Shown here: piece after piece, positions 50,856 to 63,309 of the stretch
How the letters are laid out: every line of letters starts with the position of its first letter
Position numbering within the stretch: the first letter of the stretch is position 1
Source: Mustelus asterias
Lineage: Eukaryota
Direction: 5' to 3'
Assembly: GCF_964213995.1 (NCBI RefSeq)
Contig: NC_135823.1
Coordinates: forward strand, 124,180 to 188,000
DNA: 63,821 nucleotides
Position numbers and translations under genes: made by a program
Notes under the pieces: model-generated
Told to the model about the DNA's origin: nothing
The model's input: only the letters and a program-made list of their open reading frames with translations
Databases searched by the model: none

Positions 50856-51857
50856 GAATGGAGAGCAAAGTTAGAAAAAGATTTAGATTCTCTCCCTGAG
50901 GAATTGTGGTCAAAGAATGACACAGATGTAGGCAAAGTTAAAACAGCTACCCCAGTCGAAGTAAAATTGAAGCCAGGATGTCAAGGACCTTATAATCCAC
51001 AATATCCAATCAAGGCAGCAGCAGTAATCATAGAAATCATAGAAACCCTACAGTGCAGAAGGAGGCCATTCGGCCCATCGAGTCTGCACCGACCACAATC
51101 CCACCCAGGCCCTACCCCCACATATTTTACCCGCTAATCCACGCATCTCAGAACTCTAAGGGGCAATTTTTAACCTGGCCAATCAACCTAACCCGCACAT
51201 CTTTGGACTGGCATAAGAGAAACAATCAGAGGATTAGTAGACGCAGGGGTGTTAAAAGAAACCCGAAGTAAATGTAACACACCCTTATTACCAGTTAAAA
51301 AGGCAGATGGGGAAAAGTGGAGGTTAGTACACGACCTGAGAGCAGTTAATGAAGTAGTTGAAAATATGCCAGTAGAAGTCCCTAACCCCTACACCTTATT
51401 GACTAACATACCGTCTGAAAGCAGATGGTTTACAGTAATAGACTTATGCTCAGCGTTTTTCAGTGTGCCCTTGGCACAAGCGAGTCAGTACTTATTTGCT
51501 TTCAAGTACGAGGGAAAACAGTACACATACAATAGAATGCCACAAGGATTCAAACACTCCCCACATGTATTCAACCAAGTGTTGAGAGCAGATTTGGCAG
51601 GGATACAACTAGAAGGAACACTGATACAATATGTGGATGACTTGTTGTTGTGTACAGAAACAAAGGAACAATGTAGGGAAGAAAGTTTAAAACTGCTAGA
51701 AAAACTGGCGAAAGGAGGACATAAAGTGTCAAGAAAGAAATTACAGTTCTGTCAAAGAAAAGTAGAATACCTTGGAAGGGAAATAACTGTTGGACAAAAA
51801 AGAATAGCTCACCAGCAGATAGAAGCAGTATTGAAAATCCCAAAACCACAGACAGTG
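50856..51857 (+). pseudogene. pol: reverse transcriptase, SINE-interrupted and truncated in the thumb; RNase H and integrase deleted
   Basis: QYPI, NTPLLPVKK, WRLVHDLR, IDLCSAFFS, MPQGFKHSP, YVDD, YLG; upstream TAA at 50853. Confidence 0.95.
51028..51207 (-). mobile_element. 5'-truncated HE1-like SINE in ERV pol
   Basis: removing it restores AAAV-TGIRETIRGLVDAGVL. Confidence 0.9.
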
Positions 51858-52216
51858 AGCACTAAAGCTATGACCAAATTACAAAATCTAAGGAAAAAAA
51901 TGCATGACAATGCTGGATTTGGCCATAATATTTGGAATTGGCTTGATAATGTATTCGGACAATGGGGAGCATGGTTGCAAAGGCAGGGGTTATAATAGTA
52001 GTAGTAATAATCAAAATTGGACTAATCTTTTGTTGTTTACTGCCTGCTTTGAGATCTTTTATTACCAGACTAATGATGCGACAAATGGTAGTGCGAATGG
52101 AGAATGAACAAATCCCCGAACAAGAAGTCCAGGAATGGGGTCAAGTTGAATTACCCCCACCGAATAGACTCATGATAACTTTGATTGAGACTGACGCTCC
52201 TTGTTTTGCAATGTAG
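51858..52216 (+). pseudogene. env: env-1 remnant: C-terminal part of a TM subunit
   Basis: TKAMTKLQNLR..NAG..WNWLDNVFGQWGAW / AKAGVIIVVVII..LIFCCLLPALR..QM; 1-nt frameshift near 51975; PPT-like tract at 52230-52243. Confidence 0.8.
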
Positions 52217-52529
52217 CACGAAAGACTGCAAAAGAGGGGAAGATCTGTTTCAATGCGTTAAAAGAAGATGGAAATTTGATTTGTATACCAGTGATCAGTA
52301 TTTTCCTTCCTCAGGAACAAGGACTGTTGACACAAACTCTACCGCTCAAGTTCATGGTTCACCGAATTCGACCCAGGAAACTGAGCTATCAACTGAACTG
52401 ACAAAACAAGAGAAATCACTGAAATTGAAGCTGAAAGACTGTATAAACTAAATAGTAGTAGCGGCGACTAAGCGCGGGAAAAGAATTGCGTAAACTGTGA
52501 TAAATTGTACTCTCCCTCCTTGTGAAAGC

Positions 52530-53815
52530 ATGGGAAAAGTAGGGGTAGGATGGATGGGGATAATACTAGTACTTAGTATGGGGGGTGGCAAGAGTAAAAA
52601 TGAACAGGAAGAAGACAGATCGCATATAAATACTTACCTATATATGTCATATATGTATGCAGAAAGATTGAACATAAGCAAATGTTGGGTCTGCACTCAT
52701 GTCCCAAGCCATTCCCAAGAAGGCCTACCACTCCAGTCTCTCCCCTTTCAGATTTCAGAAACTATAGAATGGATATTGAGACAAAATAAGACAGGGGAAG
52801 GAGGAAACATGACAATGTGGGAGTCAGCTGGGTATAGAATGACCAGGTTTGCTACATGGTACCAACCAACCTACGACCATTCCCAGTTCCCACCTGTACC
52901 GACGGTCCTAAAATCAAATGGACCAGGATCCTTCTGTTTAAAGAAAAATGTGGATGGAGCAAGAGTTGGAGAAAGTAAATGTCAGCAAACTGTAGAATGG
53001 CAACCACCTGTGAAAGATTTAAGTACAGCTGGTATGTTCAAAATAGACTGGACTGAAATATGCAACATCACATCAAACAACGTGTGGGAAGGAAAAGCTG
53101 TACAACCTTGGATGACGTTGGCTGATAACTTTACGGCCTACAATGGAACTTACTTTATATGCGGTACAAAGGCATATCCCTGGCTTCCTGCGAACTGGAC
53201 AGGCTCCTGTTATCTGGGATATGTAGTGCCCTATATACACCACATGCCTTCCCTACGAAGCTACCCTTCGCGAGCAAAACGAACAATCAGTAAGACTGAC
53301 TGGTTCTTTATGATGGCCTTTCCATTACATGGGACAGGAAGAACAGCAAACGAGTTAATTCTGATGGCCACAGCCCTGGAACAACTGGCTAATATCACTG
53401 CAGCTGAAGCTCGATAAACAGGGCAAGCCTTGACAGAAGTATCAGCAGAACTGATGGCAGTCGCACAGTAGCCCTGCAAAATAGACTGGCTTTGGACTAT
53501 CTATTGGCCTCGCAGGGAGGAACATGTGCCATAATTTAACAAGAATGCTGTACTTACATACCAGATAAATCTGAGAATATAACTAACCTTGCAAAGCATA
53601 TCAAGGCACAAGCAGACCAACTCCAAAAGATAGGTCACGAATTCCATGATTATAACCCACCTGGATGGTTAGGATGGGTGGGAAATGGGATGTTTGATTG
53701 GATTTTTAAATCATTTATGTTACTGTTGCTTATAATAGTAGGGATAGCATTAGCAGGATGCTTATGTCAATGTGTAATTAACAGGGCAATGGACAGCATG
53801 TACCATTATCAATAG
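52530..53815 (+). pseudogene. env: env-2: full-length gamma-type envelope with 2 stops and 1 frameshift in TM
   Basis: signal peptide, CWVC, RAKR furin site, fusion peptide, LQNRLALDYLLASQGG ISD, CX6CC, membrane anchor. Confidence 0.93.
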
Positions 53816-54129
53816 TTTGAAAATAAGAGGAGATAATATGACCCTAGATACCATACGCATAGAGGGAAATACTTAAATGATCAAGCAAAATCAAGGAGGG
53901 AGAGATGTGTTAGTACAAAGTGTATGAAATGTATTAATGCAAAAATGTATTTTAATGAACTATCAGGTAAAGGAAATCTGGAGGAGCAGTTCGCAATTAG
54001 GCTATTAATAAACAAAAAGGGATATTGATCCTACACTTAAGCTCCTCCACATTTCGTGAAACCAAACATAACTAAGACATATATTGGGAAAATATATCAA
54101 GAAATAGTTTAGTGAGACAATGATGTCTC

Positions 54130-54139
54130 AAAGAGGGGA
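54130..54139 (+). promoter_or_regulatory. polypurine tract
   Basis: AAAGAGGGGA 2 nt before the 3' LTR. Confidence 0.9.
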
Positions 54140-54141
54140 TA

Positions 54142-54870
54142 TGTAAGGAATAATCATTAAGACAAATATGTAAGGAATAATCATTAAGACAACATATATT
54201 GGAAGGAATAATTATTAGGACAAGTAGGAGATAATAATTAACATAGAAGAGATAATCACTACTTGAGAAGCTCTCATATATCACATATCTTATTAAGCAT
54301 ACACCTGTACCCTTTTAAGTGCACAATACCTTACCAGGTCAGTACACATGGATACTCACGTAAATGAACATAAAGGCTGAAAGAAGTCAAGCAAACACAC
54401 AGAAGCTGAAAGTAATTTCTTAAATAAACGCGAGAAAGTCAGACAACGGGAAAAAAGACTTGGCATAGCAGGATGCCCTACAATGGTTGAACAAACAACA
54501 ACCTTGGCTGGTTAGACAATAAACTTCAGATAAGAAGGCAAGATGTAACCACAGTGATATCATAGCACATTCATTAGTGACCAATCAGAAAGAAGGCAGA
54601 TAACATAGGTCAAGTAAACCATGGTGGCTAACGAAAAGTGGCCTTGGGGTCTGCAACAAAAAAAGCTTGACTGTAAGATAAGAATGATGAAATATGAAGC
54701 TAAATGTGGATAAAAAGGACTGTCAGAGCACTGGTTTTTTGGATTCATCTGGAAATCCCGGCTTTATTGAAATATGTTAGCTAATAAAGCCTTGCTGCCT
54801 GGAAGATCAAGACGCAGACTCTCTATTCTGATTGATGAACTCTTCTTGCCGTCCACGGGGAACCACGGCA
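54142..54870 (+). repeat. 3' LTR (729 bp)
   Basis: ~10 substitutions relative to the 5' LTR by manual comparison. Confidence 0.97.
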
Positions 54871-56405
54871 AAACCTACAGACGCTGAAAGATGCAAGCGT
54901 AAGAACAGGATATGGTGCTCGACTCATCAGTCGACAGTTCCGATGCGCCACAGCGGAAAACCACACCGACCTCCTCAGAACACACACACGGGACACGGTG
55001 GACAGAGTACCCTTCAGTGTCCAGTACTTTCCCGGAGCGGAGAAGCTACGACATATTCTCCGGAGCCTTCAACATGTCATTGATGAAGACGAAAATCACG
55101 CCAAGGCGATCGCCTCACCTCCACTTGCCTTCAAACAACCGCGCAACCTCAAACAGACCACTGTTCATAGCAACCTACCCAGCATTCAGGAGAACAGCAA
55201 CAACAACACAACACAGTCCCGCCACAGCAACCTTGCAAGACGTGATGGATCATCAACACGGGTGTCATCATCTCGCGTGAGAACATCATCCACCAGGTAC
55301 ACGGTACATACTCTTGCAACTCGGCCAACGTAATCTACCTGATACGCTGCAGAAAAGGATGTCCCGAGGCATGGTACATTGGGGAGACCATGCAGACGCT
55401 ACGACAATGGATGAATGGACACCACTCGATAATCACCAGGCAGGAGTGTTCTCTTCCTGTCGGAGAACACTTCAGCAGTCAAGGGCATTCACCCTCCGAT
55501 CTTTGGGTAAGCATTCTCCAAGGCGGCCTTCAAGACATACGACAACGCAGAATCGCCGAGCAGAAACTGATAGCCAAGTTCCACACATATGAAGGCGGCC
55601 TCAACCGGGATCTTGTGTTCATGGCACACTACCTGTAACCCCCAGGACTTGCCTGGGCTTGCAAATTCTCACTAACAGTCCTGGCTTGAGACAATTCACA
55701 CCTCTTTAACCCCTCTCTCCACTCACATTGTCTGCACCTGTAAAGACTTGATTACCTGTAAAGACTCGCATTCCAACTATTATCTTGTAAATTGAGTCTG
55801 TGCCTGTATGCCCTGTTTGTGAACCCAATCCTCCACTCACCTTATGAAGGGGCAGTGCTCTGAAAGCTCGTGCTACCAAATAAACCTGTTGGACTTTAAC
55901 CTGGTGTTGTGAGACTTCTTACTGCACTTGATGTGATGAGTACTTTGAAAAGTCTTTATTATTTCTCTTTTTACAACATAACCTAAGTAGAAAACTTGAA
56001 TGTGATTACTCTTTCTGTAATAACCAATTTGAAATATCTCAAAATTTCCTTTGCATTGCGTTGAAGCAACTCAGTATACTGCATGATTTGTGTAGAGATC
56101 CTGAATGTTTCATTACTTCCTGTGGTGGCCATTTTGTCATATTCTTCATGATCTTTGAGATATTTTATGAATACGAAATTGGAAAAAATATTTTTTCCTT
56201 GGTGTGTTTTAATTTTTAATCTTTTGACTTGAAGCCGAGGTTTGATCCATAGTGTAGGAATTGTGTGTTTTGGAGGAAGAACTGACCTCAGAGCTACTGT
56301 TCAATCCTAGTTCCTGATGGAGGGATTCCCTGCCCACATCTGTGTCTTTTGTAGGTATACTGCTAACATCTGTCGCAATGCCAGCCATATTATGATTGTA
56401 GCATG

Positions 56406-58146
56406 TGTTATGGTTCGGGTTAGAAACGCCGAAGTCTTTTATGAAGCCCACCTGAATCATAAGTTTTGCATTTTGAATTTGGTTCGGATAAGCGTGAGAT
56501 GTTTCATAAGAACATAAGAACGAGGTGCAGGAGCAGGCCACCTGGCCCCTCGAGCCTGCTCCGCCATTCAATAAGATCATGGCTGGACTTTTTAATGGAC
56601 TCAGCTCCACTTACCCGCCTGCTCACCATAACCCTTAATTCCTGTACTGTTCAAAAATTTATCTATCCTTGCCTTAAAAAACATTCAATGAGGTATCCTC
56701 AACTGCTTCACTGGGCAGGGAATTCGACAGATTCCCAACCCTTCGTGTGAAGAAGTTCCTCCTCAACTCAGTCCTAAATCTGCTTCCCCTTATTTTGAGG
56801 CTATGCCCCGTAGCTCTAGTTTCACCCGCCTGTGGAAACAACTTTCCTGCTTCTATCTTATCTATTCCCTTCATAACCTTACATGTTCCTATAAGATCAC
56901 CCCTCATTCTTCTGAATTCCAATGAGTATAGCCCCAGTCTACTCAGTCTCTCCTCAGAAGCCAACCCTCTCAACTCCGGAATCAACCTAGTGAATGTCCT
57001 CTGCACCCCCTCCAGTGCCAGTATATCCTTTCTAAAGTAAGGAGACCAAAACTGTACACAGCACTCCAGATGTGGCCTCACCAGCACCTTATACAGCTGG
57101 AACATAATCTCGCTGTTTTTAAACTCCATCCCTCTAGCAATGAAGGACAAAATTCCATTTGCCGCCTTAATTACCTGCTGCACCTGCAAACCAACTCCTT
57201 GTGATTCTTGCGCAAGGACACCCAGGTCCCTCTGCACAGCAGCATGCTGCAATTTTTTACCATTTAAATAAGAGTCCATTTTACTATTATTCCTACCAAA
57301 ATGGATGACCTCACGTTTACCAACATTGTACTCCATCTGCCAGACCCTCGCCCACTCACTTAGATTCTCTATATCCCTTTGCAGACTTTCAGCGTCCTCG
57401 GTACACTTTGCTCTGCCACTCATCTTCATGTCATCTGCGAATTTTGACACACTACACTTGGTCCCCAACTCCAAATCATCTATGTAAATCGGAAACAATT
57501 GCGGACCCAGCACTGATCCCTGAGACACACCAGGTTTCCCTTCAGGAGTATTCAAAGACGCACTTGGGAGCTTTTATCAAACAAAGTTGAGGTAAGAATA
57601 TAGTTGACATGTATAGTAAGCAAAGTAGCAAGAACTTTTACAATTACAAAGGAGAAACAAAGCAACCATTACAATGTATAACCCTTAATGAACAAAGAAA
57701 GGCTTTCCCAATGAAAACCAAAACCTCCCATTGACAAAACACGCTTTTCACAGGTTTAACAGCACAGACTAATGCTCACGTGACTAATGATAATTTGCGT
57801 CCCTTCGTTGAAATCTGCAGTTCTCTGGATTCACTCCAAACAATTTGAAGACAAGGCAGCTTCCCAAAACAGCAGAGAGACTCGTCCAGCTGCCAACAAC
57901 ATCAGATTTCCACCTTTCTGGAAAGCAACAGAACTTTCAAAACAATAGGGAAAAAGGGAAAACATTTCTTTTTAGCTTGCTGTCCCTTCTAAAACTCAAC
58001 TCCAACCTGGAGCTCCAAACTGAAACTGAAAATGAAATCCCTATCACCTGATGTGCCCATATTTTTTTCTCCTTCCAACAATAAAATCACATCAGGCTGT
58101 CAGCATGAATTTGAAGAAAAATTCTTAAAGGTACACTCACATCACA
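56406..58146 (-). mobile_element. solo LTR (Gypsy-like) interrupted by a CR1
   Basis: TG...CA ends, CATG TSD at 56402-56405 and 58147-58150; shares its terminal block with 5665-6294. Confidence 0.85.
56506..57533 (-). mobile_element. 5'-truncated CR1 inside the solo LTR
   Basis: ORF 56674-57555 (QGSVLGP, FADD); GTTTC at both junctions. Confidence 0.93.
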
Positions 58147-58189
58147 CATGCAACTTCCAGGGTCGTAAAATGTGATGTATATGGGAGTT

Positions 58190-58605
58190 GGTTTGAGGAC
58201 TCTGGGTCTGTACTCAATGGAGTTTAGAAGGATGAGGTGGATCTCATTGAACCTCACCGAATTCTGAAAGGCCTGGTTAGGGTGGACATAGGGAAGATGG
58301 TTCGATTAGTAGGAGAGGCTGGGATCCGAGGGCACAGCCTCAGAGTAAAGGGACGACTGTTTAGAACCGAGATGAGGAGGAAATTCTTCAGCTCGAGGGT
58401 GGTGAATCTGGGGAATTCATGGCCACAGAGGCCAGGTCATTTAAGACAGAGATAGATAGGTTCTTGATTGGAAAGGGGATCAAAGGTTACGAGGGAAAGG
58501 CGGGAGAATGGGGATGAGAGACCTATCAACCATGATTGAATGGTGGAGCAGACCCGATGGTCTGAATGGCCTAATTCTGCTGATACATCTTCTAGTCTTA
58601 TTGTC
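58190..58605 (+). mobile_element. CR1 3' fragment
   Basis: RGHSLRVKGRLFRTEMRR. Confidence 0.85.
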
Positions 58606-58674
58606 TTTTTCTATGTAGATATTTTTATTTCCCTAATCCATTGATTTCACAGCGTAATAAGTAAACGTTGAGTT

Positions 58675-59365
58675 AGAGAGAGAGATTGAGGCAGAGCAGG
58701 TGAAATAGAGAGTGAGAAAGAGAGCGAGACAGAGGGAGAAAGAGAGAGAGAGAGGGGAGAGATAGAGAGAGCGGGAGCCAGAGANNNNNNNNNNNNNNNN
58801 NNNNNNNNNNNNNNNNNNNNNNNNNNNNNNNNNNNNNNNNNNNNNNNNNNNNNNNNNNNNNNNNNNNNNNNNNNNNNNNNNNNNNNNNNNNNNNNNNNNN
58901 NNNNNNNNNNNNNNNNNNNNNGACAGAGAGCGAGAAAGAGCGAGAAAGAAAGAGAGAGAGAGGGAGAGAGAGCAAGAGAGAGTTAGACAGAGAAAAAGAT
59001 AGGGAGAGAGAGAGAGACAGAGAGAGGGAGATAGAGAGATAAAGTGAGACAGAGAGAGGGAGAGAGAGAGAAAGACACAGAGAGAGCCAAAGGAAGAGAG
59101 AGAGAGATAGCGGGAGGTGGACAGAGAGAGAGAGAGAAAGAGAAAGAGAGGGACAGAGCGAGCGAGAGAGAGTGAGACAGCGAGAGAAACAGAGAAAGTC
59201 AGTGAGAGGGACAGAGCGAGAGAGCGAGGGTGGGAGGGAAAACGTTAGACAGAGAGACAGAGGGAGAGACAGAGAGAGAGAGGTAGAGAGAGAGGGAGAG
59301 AGAAAGAGAGAGCGAGAGACAGCGAGAAAAGCAGACAGACAGAGAGACACCCGGAGAGAAGAAAC
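58675..59365. repeat. (GA)n array with gap
   Basis: simple repeat plus N run. Confidence 0.95.
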
Positions 59366-59764
59366 TGGCGGAAACAAAGTCTCTGAATGTTTTTAAAAGT
59401 GTTTTCCTTGGACGGTTGATAGATTCTTGATAATTGGCAGGAACGTGGCGTTGAATTTACAATTAGGTTAGCCCCGATATGATTGACTGGGTGAGCAGGC
59501 GCGAAGAGGTGATGGCCTACTTCTTTTCTGAGTTCATATGTTCATATCCAGATATTGTTTTTACTGATGTTGCTTGAGGGAGAAATATGCCCACAAGTGG
59601 ACCCACTCTGGTGGTCCTGCTCACAGTGACCATGACATACTTCAAATTCCAGGTGATTAGACACGCGGATTTTGTTTCAATTGATTGGAGAATATTGACA
59701 TGTGATTCATTATGATCAGCTGTAAATAATCCACTCCTTCAGCATGAGGTTAGTGATAGAAGAA

Positions 59765-61950
59765 AGAGATAGAGAGTCTGGTGAACTGGTGCGGCGATAA
59801 TAATCTCTCCCTCAGTGTCAACAAAACGGAGAAGGTAGTCATCGATTTCAGGAAGCGTAGTGGAGGACATGCCCTTTGCGTATATCAACGGGGACGAAGT
59901 TGAAATGGTCGAGAGCTTAAACTTCCCAGGTGCCCAAATCACCAACAACCCGTCCTAGTCCGCCCATGCTGATGCTATAGTTAATAAAGCCCAACAATAC
60001 CTCTACTTTCCCAGGAGACGGTGGCATGCCTGCTACAACCCTCACCAACGTTTCCAGGGTGGAGAACATAGAACATTACAGCGCAGTACAGGCCCTTCGG
60101 CCCTCGACGTTGCGCCGACCAGTGAAACCAATCTAAAGCCCATCTAACCTACACTATTCCAATATCATCCATATGTTTATCCAATAACCATTTGAATGCT
60201 CGTAATGTTGACGAGTCCACTACTGCTGCAGGCAGGGCATTCCACGCCATTACTACTCTCTGAGTAAAGAACCTACCTCTAACATCTGTCCTATATCTCT
60301 AACCCCTCAATTTAAAGCTATGTCCCCTCGTGTTAGCCATCACCATCCGAGGAAAAAGGCTCTCACTGTCCACCCTATCTAATCCTCTGATCATCTTGTC
60401 TGCCTCTATTAAGTCACGTCTTAACCTCCTTCTCTCTAACGAAAACAACCTCAAGCCCCTCAGCCTTTCCTCATGCGATTTTCCCACCAGACAGGCAACA
60501 TCCTGGTAAATCTCCTCTGGAACCTTTCCAACACTTCCACATCCTTCCTATCATGCGGCGTCCAGAACTGTACGCAATACTCCAAGTGCGGCTGCACCAG
60601 AGTTTTGTACAGTTGCAACATGACCTCCTGGCTCCGAAACTAAATCCCTCTACCAATAATAGCTAACACACCGGACGCCTTCTTAACAACCCTATCAACC
60701 TGGGTGCCAACCTTCAGGGATCTATGCACATGGACACCCAGATCCCTCTGTTCATCCACACTACCAAGTATCTTATCATTAGCCCAGTTCTCTATATTCC
60801 TGTTACTCCTTCCAAAGTGAATCACTTCGCACTTTTCCGCATTAAACTCCATTTGCCACCTCTCAGGTATACCATAGAAAGTATCGTTTTCGGATGTATC
60901 ACGGCTTGGTATGGCTCCTGCCAAAACCGCAAGAAACTACAAAATATTGTGAACGTAGCCCAGACCATCACATAAACCAGCCTCCAATCCATTGACTTTG
61001 TCGACACTTCCCGCTGCCTCGGGAAAAGCATGATGAGGAGATGCCAGCGTTGGACTGGGGTAAATACAGTCCGAAGTTTAACAACACCAGGTTAAAGTCC
61101 AACAGGTTTATTTGGTAGCAAAAGCCACACAAGCTTTCGGAGCTCCAAGCCCCTTCTTCAGGTGAGTGGGAATTCTGTTCACAAACAGGGCATATAAAGA
61201 CACAGACTCAATTGACATGACTAATGGTTGGAATGCGAATACTTACAGCTGATCAAGTCTTAAAGGTACAAACAATGTGAGTGGAGAGAGAGCATCAAGA
61301 CAGGCTAAAAAGATGTGTATTGTTTCCAGACAGGACAGCCAGCGAAACTCTGCAGGTCCAGGCAGGCTGTGGGGATTACAAACAGTGTGACATGAACACA
61401 ATATCCCGGTTGAGGCCGTCCTCATGTGTGCGGAACTTGGCTATCAGTTTCTGCTCAGTGACTCTGCGCCGTCGTGTGTCGTGAAGGCCGCCTTGGAGAA
61501 CGCTTACCCGAATACTCGGGTAACTCGGGAAAAGCAGCCAGCATAACTAAGGACGCCACGCATCCCGGACATTCTCTCTTCCACCTTCTTCCGTCGGGAA
61601 AAACATACAAAAGTCTGAGGTCATGTACCAACCGATTCAAGAACAGCTTCTTCCCTGCTGCCATCAGACTTTTGAATGGACCTACCTCGCATTAAGTTGA
61701 TCTTTCTCTACACCCTAGCTATGAATGTAACACTACATTCTGTACTCTCTCCTTTGCTTTCTCCCCTATGTCCTCTATGAACAGTCTGCCTTGTCTGTAA
61801 AGCACACAAGAAGGAATACTTTTTCGACACTCTATCTGACTGTGACACTACATTCTCTACCTTCTCCTTTCCTTCTGCCCTATGTACTCTATGAACAGTA
61901 TGCCTTGTCTGTTTAGCGCTCAAGAAGCAAAACCTTTCACTGTATCCCAA
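59765..61950 (+). mobile_element. Rex1/Babar-like LINE interrupted by a CR1 (60063-60862, minus) and a Penelope 3' end (61030-61520, minus)
   Basis: Rex1 motifs continue across both inserts; CTCGGGAAAAGCA occurs on both sides of the Penelope piece. Confidence 0.85.
61125..61170 (-). ncRNA. minimal hammerhead motif in a Penelope pLTR
   Basis: minus strand CAC-CTGAAGA-A-GGGGC/TTGGA/GCTCC-GAAA-GCTT-GTG. Confidence 0.65.
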
Positions 61951-62334
61951 GTATAAACGGGAGCAACTGTCTGCTCCCTCAATCGTGCTAACCCTGCAAA
62001 GGCATCATTCTAAATGAGGAGTGAGGATGACACAAACTACAAAGAGATACCCAGGGCAGTGAGGAGCGGATGGTCTTTTTGCTGTTTTCCACATACTAGC
62101 TTTTCTCTTTGGTGACTCGTCATCTGCGCTGGAAAACATGGTGGAAATGTACGTTTTGCAGATACTACGTGCAGTGGTTAAGAACTGGAAAATTCAGCAC
62201 TGTGTTTATTTTGTCTCAGCGCTTCCCGTTTATAGTTCAGGAGCCCGCTCATATCTCAGTCCGCCAAGACAAACACCTCACAGCTTATGCTTCACTGGGC
62301 GCTTCAGACTGTTCAAACTGTGGAGAAAAGGCAA

Positions 62335-63078
62335 AGTTTATTTATTTTTTTATTATTAGTCACAAGTAGGCTTACGTTCACACTGCAATGAAGTTACTGT
62401 GAAAATACCCTAGTCGCCACATTCCAGCTCCTGTTCGGGTAACACTGAGGGAGAATTTAGCTTGGCAAGTTCACCTCACCTGCACATCTTTGGGACCATA
62501 GGAGGAACCCGGAGCACCCGCAGGAAACCCGAAACCCACGCAGACACGGGAGAGTGTGCAAACTCCACACAGACAGTGACCCGAGGCCGGGAATCGAACC
62601 TGGCGCTGTGAGGCAGCAGTGCCAACCACTGTGCCGCCGTGCCGCCCTTTGTTGGGCAGCGTGGATAATTTGCTGAACTCAACAGCACGACTGGTTGCGT
62701 CATTCACCTGAGCATAGGGGACAGCAATCTAATAGTTTCTAATGGGCGGCACGGTAGCACAGTGGTTAGCACTGCTGCTTCACAGCTCCAGGGTCCCGGG
62801 ATCGATTCCCGGCTCGGGTCACTGTCTGTGTGGAATTTGCGCATTCTCCTTGTGTCTGCGTGGGTTTCCTCCGGGTGCTCCGGTTTCCTACCACAGTCCA
62901 AAGATGTGCGGGTTAGGTTGATTGGCCAGGTTAAAAAATTGCCCCTTAGAGTCCTGGGATGTGTAGGTTAGAGGAATTGGCGGGTAAAATATGTGGGGGT
63001 AGGGCCTGGGTGGGATTGTGGTTGGTGCAGACTCGATGGACCGAATAGCCTCCTTCTGCACTGTAGGGTTTCTATGAT
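62335..63078. mobile_element. divergent HE1-like SINE pair (minus 62335-62648, plus 62743-63078)
   Basis: tRNA heads and cores. Confidence 0.88.
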
Positions 63079-63309
63079 AATACAGAGTGTTGCGTTGAAT
63101 TCATTCCCGATATCTTCATTTATTTTGTTTTGAACCAGAAGGTGTCAGATTGAAGATAACTCGAAAGAGGAGTGAACGTTTTAGTTATTGTTTCACCTGG
63201 TGTCTGTTTCCCTGTCTATCTCTCTGTGGCTTAATTATCCTCTTACTCGATGGAGCATGGACAATCTGCTCCAGGCTGTTATCCTTCACACTGAACGCAA
63301 CCACGTGGG

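Larger units (their letters stand above)
46958..54870 (+). mobile_element. endogenous retrovirus (class I, epsilon-like gag/pol), internally deleted, with two env regions
   Basis: TG...CA LTR pair, AAAC TSD (46954-46957 and 54871-54874), PBS, PPT, gag-pro-RT-env order. Confidence 0.97.
46379..55925 (+). mobile_element. Penelope-like element (RT plus GIY-YIG endonuclease plus pLTR), split by the ERV
   Basis: 46379-46957: IPHDDG, GTAMGTKFAPQYAN, RYIDDIFFLW; 54875-55638: VIYLIRC..WYIGETMQTLRQWMNGH..GGLN; mutated hammerhead at 55837-55872. Confidence 0.92.

Noticed and set aside
56209-56610. Ser/Thr-rich ORF as a host exon
   Set aside because: It spans CR1 and LTR junctions, with no recognisable domain or convincing splice sites
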